64,000 bases of DNA from an uncultured Acidobacteriaceae bacterium (GCA_963792495.1 CAWBWB010000005.1:273747-337746), one strand, 5' to 3'; shown: positions 19,014 to 28,257, numbered from the stretch's first letter. Notes: generated by a model not told the origin, from the letters alone. Program-made: numbers and translations.

Positions 19014-19346
19014 TCAAGCGCGCTTTTTGATCGCGGCCACGAGCGCAGAGTCGATCCGCGTCTGCCAGCCCGGGCCACCCGCCTTGAAGTGCTCAATGAC
19101 TTCCGGTGAGAGGCGTAGCGAGACTAGCTTTTTGGTAGGGGTCTTCTGCGGGCCGCGCTTGCCGCGCCGGATCACTTTGCCCTTGTAGATCACATCGGCC
19201 CGCTCCAGCCACGCCTTGGTTGCTTCGGCATCGTTCGGATCGTAGGGCCCATCTTCCGGGTCATACGGAATTGGATCCTCTTCCTTCTGCGCAAGTACAC
19301 GCGCCCAGTCCGTCTTACTTTCCATTTTGCGTTCGGACTTGTTCAT
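19014..19346 (-). CDS. brnA: BrnA antitoxin
   Basis: TDWARV; RGKRGPQKTPTKKLVSLRLSPEVIEHFKAGGPGWQTRID. Confidence 0.9.
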   Translation of the reverse strand: MNKSERKMESKTDWARVLAQKEEDPIPYDPEDGPYDPNDAEATKAWLERADVIYKGKVIRRGKRGPQKTPTKKLVSLRLSPEVIEHFKAGGPGWQTRIDSALVAAIKKRA

Positions 19347-19599
19347 ATAACTCACGCTCCTCTCTGCTGGCGGCACGAAACGAGATGACTCGTACATCTC
19401 CGCCGCGTTCGGTATAAATCAGAGACAGGACTCGTCCTTTCACTTTCACCAGGGCAATGTCCATCAGCCGCAGCTCATCCTGCCGGCTCGTATTCAATGT
19501 GTACTTTTCAGGGTCTTCATAAACCATCCACGCATCGGCAAAGTCGAGCCCGTGCTTCTCAAGATTCGACTTGCGCTTGGCCTCGTCCCAGACGTAAAC
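19315..19599 (-). CDS. brnT: BrnT toxin lacking a canonical start codon (in-frame GTT)
   Basis: Manual extension gives (V)YVWDEAKRKSNLEKHGLDFADAW...RVISFRAASREERELY; in-frame TAA lies two codons upstream of the GTT. Confidence 0.8.
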   Translation of the reverse strand, partial: VYVWDEAKRKSNLEKHGLDFADAWMVYEDPEKYTLNTSRQDELRLMDIALVKVKGRVLSLIYTERGGDVRVISFRAASREERELYEQVRTQNGK

Positions 19600-19601
19600 A
19601 G

Positions 19602-19623
19602 TTTAATTGTAGCTACAATTAAA
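19602..19623. promoter_or_regulatory. Perfect 22-bp palindrome TTTAATTGTAGCTACAATTAAA: probable BrnA operator overlapping the TACAAT -10
   Basis: All 11 pairs match; directly upstream of brnT. Confidence 0.8.
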
Positions 19624-19642
19624 ATGAAATGCAAGGAGATTT

Positions 19643-21190
19643 CTATACCGCCAGCTGCACGAGCGCGGCGCTTGCTGCTGGTACGTGAATCTGAGCAGAG
19701 GAGCCATTCCCTTCGAGGCGTTCGGTAGTGCGCGGGCTCCAGTGGGCTTGCGGATCGACTTCGGAGCCGGCGAGGGTTACGCCTTCGGTTGAGTCGAGTG
19801 CTGAGGCTTGCAGCCGCCATGCGCTGGCGGAGCGGATGCGCTGCGGTGACTGGATCGTAAGGTCGAGCGACTGCGACGCATCTTTATTGAAGATGGCGAC
19901 CTTAATCGTCTTGCCGGTTCTGGTGGCGTAGGCTGTGGCGTTTACGCTGCCCGCGTTGAGATTGGCGTCGAGCAGTGTGCCGCCTGCGAGCTGGTTGGCC
20001 AGCATCATTCCATAAAAGATGGGCATGGCTTTCACAGGCGTGCCCGGTTCTACGCGGATGGGTGTGTAGTAGCCGGCGCGCATGGTTTGCGGCTTTTTGG
20101 CTACGTCCATGCCGGGGGTGTGGTCGCCGAGGCTGGCGCTGAGGAAGGCTCCGCTGCCGCCGTGGAAGTTGATGCCGCTGCAACCGAACCCAGCCAACTG
20201 CAGCATGTAGTCGCCGCCCCAGAGTGCTGCGGCGAAGGCGTCGCTCATGCCGGGTTTGCCGCCGCGGTAGCAGGAGTTGCCTTCCGTCATGCGATAGACG
20301 ATGCCGCGCGGCTGCGTGACAGCTTCAATGCGCTTCATGTCTTCGGCGATTTTCAGGTTGGGCTGGAGCAGATGTTCGATGGTGACGCGGGGATCGTTCG
20401 GCGGGCCTGAGGCGTAGTAGTGTCCGGTGACGGCTGCGATCTTTCCCGGCAGCTCGGTGGTCATGCGCTCGCCGAAGCGCGTGACCCAGTCGGATGAGCC
20501 GGCTACATCCGGTCCGGCGAACTTTGCATTCGGCACCTTCGCCGCGACCGCGCGTGCGAAGCCTGCCCACTCGCGTACATAATCGTCGAAGTCCCAACCC
20601 GGTGGACGTGTGCCGTTCGAGGCAGTGCGATAGAGATCGGGCTCGTTGCCAATCTGGAAGTACTCAATGCGGTCCCCGAGTTTTGACGCAACATACGCGG
20701 CTTCTGTGGCTGCGCGTTCCGGCGTGTTGTTGCCAAAGTTAATTCCGTAGATGATGCGCCAGCCGGTGGCCTTAAGAAAGCCGGCCATGTTGTCAATGGC
20801 CTGCGGTGTGATGCGGAAGAGCCGGTGCGGCATCCAGTTGGCGGCGAGATCGCCGGAGGGTACATGCAGTTTTGGTTCGGGCGTAGAGGCATCGGCCTGG
20901 AACCAGCAGAACTCGCTGCTGTTGCCGCCAACGCGCAGCACACCATTTGCGCTGAGGATGCGGCAGTGTGCGATCAGGCCGGTGTTGGCGGCGGAGAAGA
21001 AGTCAGGCTCGCTCAGCTGCGCAAGCTCAAAGCTCAGGCCTGTATAGGTGAGTGGAATACGGGATGCGACAGCCCGTTCTGTGAGTTGCAGCTGTGCGTT
21101 TGCCGCACTGGAAGCGAAGCCATGTGCAGGCCACGCCGCAGCGGTTGCAGTGACTGCGCCGGTTTGGAGGAGGAATGAGCGCCGGTTCAT
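19643..21190 (-). CDS. Tat-exported glycoside hydrolase, GH79-like (beta-glucuronidase/heparanase clan)
   Basis: MNRRSFL Tat motif; LRVGGNS, QIGNEPD (acid/base), MTEGNS (nucleophile). Confidence 0.82.
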   Translation of the reverse strand: MNRRSFLLQTGAVTATAAAWPAHGFASSAANAQLQLTERAVASRIPLTYTGLSFELAQLSEPDFFSAANTGLIAHCRILSANGVLRVGGNSSEFCWFQADASTPEPKLHVPSGDLAANWMPHRLFRITPQAIDNMAGFLKATGWRIIYGINFGNNTPERAATEAAYVASKLGDRIEYFQIGNEPDLYRTASNGTRPPGWDFDDYVREWAGFARAVAAKVPNAKFAGPDVAGSSDWVTRFGERMTTELPGKIAAVTGHYYASGPPNDPRVTIEHLLQPNLKIAEDMKRIEAVTQPRGIVYRMTEGNSCYRGGKPGMSDAFAAALWGGDYMLQLAGFGCSGINFHGGSGAFLSASLGDHTPGMDVAKKPQTMRAGYYTPIRVEPGTPVKAMPIFYGMMLANQLAGGTLLDANLNAGSVNATAYATRTGKTIKVAIFNKDASQSLDLTIQSPQRIRSASAWRLQASALDSTEGVTLAGSEVDPQAHWSPRTTERLEGNGSSAQIHVPAASAALVQLAV

Positions 21191-21232
21191 ATGCCCACTC
21201 ACTTTATCATCGCGAGCACAGCGAATGGCCAG

Positions 21233-22831
21233 CTAGAACTTTGCTTCAAATGCATGGAAGCGGCGTTCCTGCTCCCATTGCGCGGCGGCCTTCTGGCTGT
21301 TTGTGAGCAGCACTTTGCATGTGGCGGATGGAGTTTCGCCGCCGAGGGTTTGCCCCTTGCAGGCGCCGGCGGGCGCATAGAAATCGTCCTGCGTGGCCCA
21401 GAGGCTGGGGCCGGGCAGAAAGTTGTGTTCCATGCCGGTGCGCGCAAGCTGCTTCATCCCCGCATAGGTGAGTCCATATTCAAGCGCGGCGCGCACATAC
21501 TCGTTGGTGAGATTGATGCGGCTTACGCCTTCGTCATCGGTAGAGAGCGCCACGGGCACGTGCGCGGCGCGATAGTACATGAAGGGATGCTGCGCGCCGG
21601 CAATGCCGAGGATGCCATCGTTGGAGGTGAGATTGATCTCGACCATGATGTGCTTTGCGGCCAGCTCTTTGAGCAGCTCCTGCGCGTTGTCTTCGTAGAG
21701 CGCATCTACCCCGTGACCGATGCGCTCGGCGTGCGCCAGCTCAACGGCCTGGCGGATGTGAAAGCGCAATCCCTCCGGTGGAACCTGGCCCGGCGCCAGC
21801 TCGCCCGCATGCAGGCTGATGTGCACTGTGGGATACACGGAGTGGAGATACTCGACCATCTTCATCTGCAGCGTGTAGTCGCGCATGGAGATGAAGCCGT
21901 CTTCGGGCTGCACAAAGTTGATGCCTACAAAACCGGGCTCGCCTGCGGCAATGGAGTCCTTTGCCGTTTCAAAGCCGAGAAGGGTTTGCGCAAAGACCTG
22001 CTCCGGCGCAAAGCCGCGCAGGACCTGATAGATGTAGCGCACGGTGACGGCGCAGGCGGCGGCGGGCTGGGGTGTGTCGCAATGCTCAAGCTGGCGGCGG
22101 CTGGCTTCGTTCGTGCGCGCGCGCTCGCGATCGACGGAGACTTCATCCCGCAGATTCGCTTTGAGCAGCGCGTCGCGGTAGGCTGCGAAATCAGGATGTG
22201 CCGGATCGATGGTGATCTTCTTCGAGAGCTGGATTGCGTTGCCGAAGGGCGGGGTGTCCATCAGCTCCAGATACTGCTCGTTCTGCGCGGCGGCGCGGCT
22301 GGCCACTTCGTCCACCCATTCGCCGCCGTGACTCTTGTCCAGTCCGCCAAAACGCGCAAAGGTGGCAAAGAACTGGTCGTGACCGCTGAAGCCGTTGGTG
22401 GGCACAAAACTGCGCATGGAAAAGGAGTCGATGAGCCGGTCGTAGAGATCCTGGTCGGCGGAGGTGATGTTGCCGCTGAGGCGCTTTGCGGAAATCCGCG
22501 AGCCGGCGCACGGCGGTTCTGTAAACTTCAGCTCTACCGTATCGACGCACTTGCCGTCCTCGGCGGCGTCGCGAATGAAGGTCTCGGCATAAATGGCACC
22601 GGAGAGATGCACGTGGAGGTCGGCACCTTTGGGAAACTGTGCAAGAAAGGCCTGCATGGCGAGCGGCCCTTGCTTCAGGGCGGCCTCATAGGCGCGGGCC
22701 GTGCGCTGTTCTGCCGGCGTGGACGCCGGAGAAGCCTTGGGAGAGCGGACCGGAACGGGTTGCGCCGCGACAGCCGGGACAACGGCGGCGGCAAGCAGGC
22801 AGGCAGAAAGCGTGCGCATGAGCTTGATCAT
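21233..22831 (-). CDS. Secreted adenosine deaminase-family protein
   Basis: Signal peptide; DLHVHLSG, HAGE, RIGHG, STDDEG. Confidence 0.88.
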   Translation of the reverse strand: MIKLMRTLSACLLAAAVVPAVAAQPVPVRSPKASPASTPAEQRTARAYEAALKQGPLAMQAFLAQFPKGADLHVHLSGAIYAETFIRDAAEDGKCVDTVELKFTEPPCAGSRISAKRLSGNITSADQDLYDRLIDSFSMRSFVPTNGFSGHDQFFATFARFGGLDKSHGGEWVDEVASRAAAQNEQYLELMDTPPFGNAIQLSKKITIDPAHPDFAAYRDALLKANLRDEVSVDRERARTNEASRRQLEHCDTPQPAAACAVTVRYIYQVLRGFAPEQVFAQTLLGFETAKDSIAAGEPGFVGINFVQPEDGFISMRDYTLQMKMVEYLHSVYPTVHISLHAGELAPGQVPPEGLRFHIRQAVELAHAERIGHGVDALYEDNAQELLKELAAKHIMVEINLTSNDGILGIAGAQHPFMYYRAAHVPVALSTDDEGVSRINLTNEYVRAALEYGLTYAGMKQLARTGMEHNFLPGPSLWATQDDFYAPAGACKGQTLGGETPSATCKVLLTNSQKAAAQWEQERRFHAFEAKF

Positions 22832-22909
22832 GGTAGGGATACAGTTTATGGCAGAATCGGGGCGATGAGGCGAAAATTGCGGATGGGGGGCCGCAAAGCG
22901 GGCGGCGGG

Positions 22910-22938
22910 TTGGCCGCAGAGCAAAGGCTTGCTATACT
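22910..22938 (+). promoter_or_regulatory. Sigma70-type promoter for tRNA-Phe
   Basis: TTGGCC-17bp-TATACT. Confidence 0.55.
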
Positions 22939-23041
22939 AAACAGGTTGTTGCAGCTGTTCGAGGGAACTCCTACCCGATCCTGGCCACTGTTCCAGTTGG
23001 CCGGATTCCCGCACAGAAATTGCAACGTTAGTCTGCTCTGA

Positions 23042-23116
23042 GGCCAGATAGCTCAGTGGTAGAGCGCGGCCCTGAAAAGGCCGGCGTCGGCGGTTCAATC
23101 CCGTCTCTGGCCACCA
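23042..23116 (+). tRNA. tRNA-Phe(GAA)
   Basis: Cloverleaf GGCCAGA/TCTGGCC, anticodon loop CTGAAAA, TTCAATC T-loop, encoded CCA. Confidence 0.97.
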
Positions 23117-23156
23117 CTTTTAAATAGACAGATAGTTTGAGGCGCGCTCGGTGTTT

Positions 23157-23230
23157 CTGGGCGCAGCTCAGTGATTGTAGTCCGCGGCGATGCAAAGGCC
23201 GGCGTCGGCGGTTCAATCCCGTCTCTAAGA
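23157..23230 (+). pseudogene. Degenerate tandem copy of tRNA-Phe / att remnant
   Basis: 23194-23226 is identical to 23076-23108 (33 nt); AGCTCAGTG and CGCGGC also retained; acceptor stem does not pair. Confidence 0.75.
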
Positions 23231-23240
23231 GCGAATCCGT

Positions 23241-24050
23241 CTATGAGCGTTCTGCATACTGGCGTTTGATGTCCGCATCTATCTGGTCGCTCGGCACAAG
23301 GCGGTAATGGCGCTCTTCGACAATTAGCGCACGTCCGGCTTCGACCGTAAGCTCGAAGAGGGCAATAACATCGTCCTCCATAAATTGAGCTGAGACTGGG
23401 CGGCAGATCAAATCGGGGAACTTCGCTTGACAACATGCGATGTCCTGCATCGTTTGAACGGGCGATAGCTTGTCCGATCCTCCCTTCGCTTGAACGGGAA
23501 TCACATACTGCGCGCCGTTCCTGTTCAGACCGACATATATCTCATCGATTTCAATCTGCCCCATCCCCTTTACATGCGTCCGCAGATGGTTCTGGAGAGA
23601 GTACGTCGTTAGACAAAGAAAAATATCGATGAGCCGGTTGTAGCGCACTTGCGCCAGTAGAGCCTGTTCGTCGCCGAGGGCGTAGGCTGCAATGATTTCA
23701 GGCGTGGAATCCGGAATTTTGATGGCGGCTATGTCTTCGCGGGGTTTGATCGTCGTGCCACCGACCTCGACGAGCCGGAACCGATAACGGCTCCGTCCAG
23801 CACCCACGATCATCCACGCCTTTCCTTTCGGTGCCGTTTTCAGTATCTCGTTTGGCAAATCACGTCTGAACTTAAAGCTGTAAATCACGTCTCCGAGATT
23901 GTCGGGCCGTTCTACGCCAACGGCTTCAGCGGCTTCAACCAACTCGTCGCGGTGGAACTCGAATTCCTCTGTCCCTTTCGTCCAATGCTTTTGGAATACA
24001 TGAGCAATGATCGGGACGTATTGAGCCGATTTATCCGCCTTTTTTACCAT
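23241..24050 (-). CDS. Putative type II restriction endonuclease (PD-(D/E)xK variant)
   Basis: 269 aa, QIEIDEIY...PVQAK motif; co-transcribed behind the C5-MTase. Confidence 0.72.
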   Translation of the reverse strand: MVKKADKSAQYVPIIAHVFQKHWTKGTEEFEFHRDELVEAAEAVGVERPDNLGDVIYSFKFRRDLPNEILKTAPKGKAWMIVGAGRSRYRFRLVEVGGTTIKPREDIAAIKIPDSTPEIIAAYALGDEQALLAQVRYNRLIDIFLCLTTYSLQNHLRTHVKGMGQIEIDEIYVGLNRNGAQYVIPVQAKGGSDKLSPVQTMQDIACCQAKFPDLICRPVSAQFMEDDVIALFELTVEAGRALIVEERHYRLVPSDQIDADIKRQYAERS

Positions 24051-24060
24051 CGAATTTCCT

Positions 24061-25401
24061 TTAGGCCATCGCAAAAGCCATTTGTTCTGTAATGGCAAGC
24101 TGGGCTTCGATTTCAAGTTGCTTCCTCTTCTTCGCACCGCTTTTGCGGTCACGCTTGCCAATAGGAACCGGAATACCGAAATACTCCGACGCTTCGGACA
24201 TATTCCAGCGAAGCAGCGAAGGATTGCCGAGCGAAACCGGTTCCTCTGGAAGTTCGACGGCAACACCTAAAACTTGAAAAATCTGGCTTGCAATCGCCCT
24301 TGCAAAAGGTGGAGGAACGGCGTTTCCAATCTGCCGGGCTCCATGCCATTTTGTAGCGTGGAACCTGAACCAATCGGGAAAGCCATGCAAGCGTGCCATT
24401 TCGCGTACCGTCACACAGCGCGGATGGGCATAGTGGATCGGTCGCGGACTGGTGAATGCACCTCGCGCTGAATCTGTCCCTGCCCTAAGGGTGTTGCTGA
24501 GACCGTTCGGGGAAAGTTTGAAGAAGCGTGAAATCGGCTCGACCTTACCCGGTTCGGTTCCCACAAACCTGCGCTGCGAGATCGGAGTGTGTATGGTTCG
24601 GAGACTCGATGTGAGAATGCTAGGATTCCAACGGCGGCGATAGCCGTTGTACCAGCCGTGGTTTCCAGTACAACGCATATTCCTGGCATATTCGCTCGGA
24701 TTGCCGAAGGCCCCGGCCTGAGTGGCATCTCTTTCGAGCAGCTCCTCGAACCGATCCGCATCGGGCAAATCGCCGAGCGCATCGCGGCAGGTTGGCCCGG
24801 TAGGTAGAGGGACATCATCGGTGCTATCGGCAGGACGGAAAAGCGCTGTTGGATACTCGGGTAGCGTCCTCCCCTTTCGAGCACCTATGATGATGAGGCG
24901 TTCACGGTGCTGGGGAACCCCGAATTCGGCCACGTCAACCACCTTCCAGGGTAGACGTACTTGATAACCGGATTCATCGAAAGCCCGAATCAGCTCTTCG
25001 AGAAATAGACGGTGCTTACCAAAGGTCAATCCCTTGACGTTCTCGAAAACAAAGTATGAAGGCCGAAGTTCGGTAACGATGCGGACGAAATCGCGTACAA
25101 GACTGTTGCGGGGATCGTCCAAAGCCCGTTGGCCCATCATCGAAAAGCCCTGGCAAGGAGCGCCGCCGAATACGACATCGATCCTGCGGCGACCGATACC
25201 GGCATTTTCTCGGATTTCTTCTCCGGTCAAAGCGGAGATGGACTTTGGTAGAACGGCACAATTCGGAAAATTGAACTTGTGAACAGCGCAATGGATCGGG
25301 TCGATCTCGACTGCGGCGACGACATCGAAGCCGGCCTGCTCGAAACCAAGGCTGAGACCGCCAACACCTGCAAACAAGTCGATTCCAATAGGGCGCGACA
25401 T
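24061..25401 (-). CDS. dcm: DNA (cytosine-5)-methyltransferase
   Basis: Motifs I FAGVGG, IV GAPCQGFS, VI ENV, VIII QHRER, IX-X REMARLHGFPD / QIGNAVPP. Confidence 0.96.
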   Translation of the reverse strand: MSRPIGIDLFAGVGGLSLGFEQAGFDVVAAVEIDPIHCAVHKFNFPNCAVLPKSISALTGEEIRENAGIGRRRIDVVFGGAPCQGFSMMGQRALDDPRNSLVRDFVRIVTELRPSYFVFENVKGLTFGKHRLFLEELIRAFDESGYQVRLPWKVVDVAEFGVPQHRERLIIIGARKGRTLPEYPTALFRPADSTDDVPLPTGPTCRDALGDLPDADRFEELLERDATQAGAFGNPSEYARNMRCTGNHGWYNGYRRRWNPSILTSSLRTIHTPISQRRFVGTEPGKVEPISRFFKLSPNGLSNTLRAGTDSARGAFTSPRPIHYAHPRCVTVREMARLHGFPDWFRFHATKWHGARQIGNAVPPPFARAIASQIFQVLGVAVELPEEPVSLGNPSLLRWNMSEASEYFGIPVPIGKRDRKSGAKKRKQLEIEAQLAITEQMAFAMA

Positions 25402-25424
25402 AAATTTTTTATCCTACACCCAGA

Positions 25425-25871
25425 TTACCCGTTGTCCTTTCGAATGTCGATCGGATTTTGGCCCACTGGCCCCAGGAACGATACGAGTTTTGTGGATAAC
25501 ATGTCCGGCTTTCTGGTTTGGCACTGCCACACCGTCAGCACAGCCCAACCCATAGCCCGAAGTTCCGACTTGTTCCGCTTGTCGCGGGCGCGATTTCGGT
25601 CCAGCTTCGGCCTCCAAAACTCGGGTCGAGATTTGGGAGGACGCCCAATGCGGCATCCATGTGCGTGCCAGAAGCAGCCGTTGACGAAGATCGCCTTCCG
25701 GCGTGATGGAAAGACAATGTCCGGTGTACCTGGCAGCTCGCGCCGGTGCAGTCTGAACCGATAGCCCAATGAGTGCAAAAGACGCCTCACTGTCAGTTCC
25801 GGGGCGGTATTCTTGCCGCCGATCCGAGACATGAGAGCACTGCGGCTTTCGGGCGTTCTGTTGTCGGCCAT
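25425..25871 (-). CDS. vsr: Very short patch repair endonuclease
   Basis: RSALMSRIGGKNTAPE, LPGTPDIV, FVNGCFWHAH, VWQCQ. Confidence 0.96.
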   Translation of the reverse strand: MADNRTPESRSALMSRIGGKNTAPELTVRRLLHSLGYRFRLHRRELPGTPDIVFPSRRKAIFVNGCFWHAHGCRIGRPPKSRPEFWRPKLDRNRARDKRNKSELRAMGWAVLTVWQCQTRKPDMLSTKLVSFLGPVGQNPIDIRKDNG

Positions 25872-26089
25872 GATCGATAGCCTTACGCATCAGAATAAAT
25901 CCCGAATCGTCCGATACCCATGTAGAGCTGGTCAGACTCGAACGAAACAGCCGTAGCTATTGAAGGCCTGATGCTTAAATACGAAGGAAGAGCGCAAATC
26001 ATTGCGAGAGCGGAGTCTTGCCCGGATGATAGAATCCGGCTGGCGAACCGGGAGGTGAACGGATTCGCAGAGCACGACTTGAACGCCTA

Positions 26090-28075
26090 ATGAAAATACT
26101 GATCGCGGTTCTGCTGTTGCTCGGAGTATCGACGCACATAGCGGCAATGAGAGATGCGGCGGCTGTGGATGAAGCCCAGCTGAGCGGTCCCGATGGCATC
26201 CTCCAATCAATCGAAAATGCGAACGTGACTCGTGCCGGAGATGCGCTTCTGGTTACGGCAAAGGATGCGCGTGCGCCGGTTGAGATGGTGTTCGCTCGTT
26301 GCCAGGGGCTGGGGCTTCAGTATGAGAAGAATCAGTGGTGGGTTCTGCCTGTGAGCGAGACCGGTGCGAAGGTGAATGCGAATCGCGGGCTGTGGATTCT
26401 GCCGCTGGATGCGACGTCGACGGATCACTCCTGGCATTTGGCGCTGGATGATGGTGAGCTGAGTGCGAAGAAGACTGACGGCGGACTGACAGTGACTTTG
26501 CATGCAAAGCGTGTGACTCTCACCCAGGCGGAGGCGCGGCCGCACAGCGATCCCTTCGGTCATCGATTTTCTTTTGAGATTGCCGATGGCGCCGAGCTGG
26601 AACAGACGCTAGCTGCGTTCTATTGGGGCACCATTCTGCCATCGGTTGTGGAGAAGACGATGGCGGCAAATTTTCCGTACCACGATGGATATGTTCTGAG
26701 CACGCTGAATGTGAAGGCGTACGCGGGCTCGTATCCGGCTGTCGATCATGAGTTTCAGATCAAGGGTCGTCTTGCAATGGCTTCAGAGGCCGATCTCGAT
26801 GTTGTGAGGCGCATGATCGAGCTTCAGTTCCAGTTGATCAACGATGATCCGGAACATCTTTATCGCATGCCTACATCGGTGCAGCCTGACGGAAGACGCG
26901 AGTATCACATACGCAGGAACAGCGAGGATAACCGGCAGAATGCGGCCATGTTTCCTGTGACCGGAAATATGGAAGTGATGGAAGAAGCCTGGCGCTATTA
27001 CGAGGCCAGAAAAGATGCAGCGTGGCTGCATGCGAATATCGAGAACCTGGAACACGCGGCTGGATGGGTTTTGGCGAACACGGATCAGTACGGGCGCGTC
27101 TGGTCGGATGTGTATTACGAAGACCAGGTGATCAAGGATGGACGCGTGACGCAGGCACAGGCGTTTGCGGCGCGTGCGTTTGCGTTGCTGGCCGGCATGG
27201 AGAATCTGTTGGGGCGGCATAGTGAGGCAGCACGGTTTGACGCAGCCGCAAAGAAGATGGCAGGCGCGTTGATTGTGCCTCTTCCCATGGGATATTGGGA
27301 TGCGGAGAACGGGCGATTCGTCGATTGGGTTGACCGTGATGGAAAGGCTCACGATCACATTCATCTGCTTGCCAATGAGCTGCCCGTGGCGTTTGGATAT
27401 GCAACTGCGGAGCAGGCAGAACAGGTGCATCGCGTGCTCGAGAGGAATCGCGATGAGTTCGAGCGATTTCCCAGCTTTGTTTCGGCGCGAATTGCCGACT
27501 ACGATACGAGCGAAATTGGCTCCGGCGGCCCGTATGACCTTTGCGCCGCGGGCAGATATTGGTATTGGGATGCGGCATTTCGTGCGTCGCAGGGGCAGAG
27601 CGGAATGGTGCTCGATCAATTGAAGACGGTGGCCGCCGAGGCCGCGAAAAACGGTTACTTCATGAGCGAACGGTACGACATGGATCATGTGTATTACATC
27701 GACGGCAAGAATGCGCATGGGGCTGAGAAGTATTACGAGTATCCCAATGTCTTTGCGGCGGTGCTGATCGACAAACTGCTGGGCCTGAGTGTTCCTGCGG
27801 ATGCGGATGTATCCCTGGCGCCTGAGCTTAAGAGCTACGGCAGCGTGGAGTTTGGGACACCGGAGTATGCGTTGCGTTACAGCTATCACAAGGATGGATT
27901 TGTGCTGAAGAATCTGTCGGACAAACCGCGGCACTACAAGGTGGACTTGTCAGGGCTTGGTTTTTCTGCCACGCACTACCGCCTGACCGGTCAAACGCAA
28001 AGCGGAGTTGTCGAAGCTCACTCCACAGTGACGTTGCCTGCACACGGAGAGGCGCGCTGGACTCCGGTGCAATAA
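26090..28075 (+). CDS. Secreted (alpha/alpha)6-barrel glycosidase-like protein, family unassigned
   Basis: Signal peptide; helical core with YYEDQ, SERYD, YYEYP acidic/aromatic motifs; beta-rich termini. Confidence 0.6.
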   Translation: MKILIAVLLLLGVSTHIAAMRDAAAVDEAQLSGPDGILQSIENANVTRAGDALLVTAKDARAPVEMVFARCQGLGLQYEKNQWWVLPVSETGAKVNANRGLWILPLDATSTDHSWHLALDDGELSAKKTDGGLTVTLHAKRVTLTQAEARPHSDPFGHRFSFEIADGAELEQTLAAFYWGTILPSVVEKTMAANFPYHDGYVLSTLNVKAYAGSYPAVDHEFQIKGRLAMASEADLDVVRRMIELQFQLINDDPEHLYRMPTSVQPDGRREYHIRRNSEDNRQNAAMFPVTGNMEVMEEAWRYYEARKDAAWLHANIENLEHAAGWVLANTDQYGRVWSDVYYEDQVIKDGRVTQAQAFAARAFALLAGMENLLGRHSEAARFDAAAKKMAGALIVPLPMGYWDAENGRFVDWVDRDGKAHDHIHLLANELPVAFGYATAEQAEQVHRVLERNRDEFERFPSFVSARIADYDTSEIGSGGPYDLCAAGRYWYWDAAFRASQGQSGMVLDQLKTVAAEAAKNGYFMSERYDMDHVYYIDGKNAHGAEKYYEYPNVFAAVLIDKLLGLSVPADADVSLAPELKSYGSVEFGTPEYALRYSYHKDGFVLKNLSDKPRHYKVDLSGLGFSATHYRLTGQTQSGVVEAHSTVTLPAHGEARWTPVQ

Positions 28076-28257
28076 GGATCAGCAGCTAAGGTCTTCGTTG
28101 ATGATCTCGGCGTGACGCATTTTGATTGGAAGTGCTGAAGCGACCGGCGTTGGCTCTCTTCTTTCGCGGAATCTTTAGCCGAAGCTGAGAGGCGTTCCAG
28201 ACAAAGCCGGAACGCCCCTCAAGCGCGCTGATATTTCCGCTTCAAGTTGACCGAAAC

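Noticed and set aside
21191-23041. 616-aa + strand ORF
   Set aside because: Antisense shadow of the adenosine deaminase; no family motifs
23157-23230. Functional tRNA-Cys(GCA)
   Set aside because: Acceptor and D stems do not pair, no CCA, and the 3' half is identical to tRNA-Phe
26008-26019. GAGCGGAGTCTT shared with ~49066 as an island boundary repeat
   Set aside because: Only 12 nt in GC-rich DNA with unrelated flanks; consistent with chance
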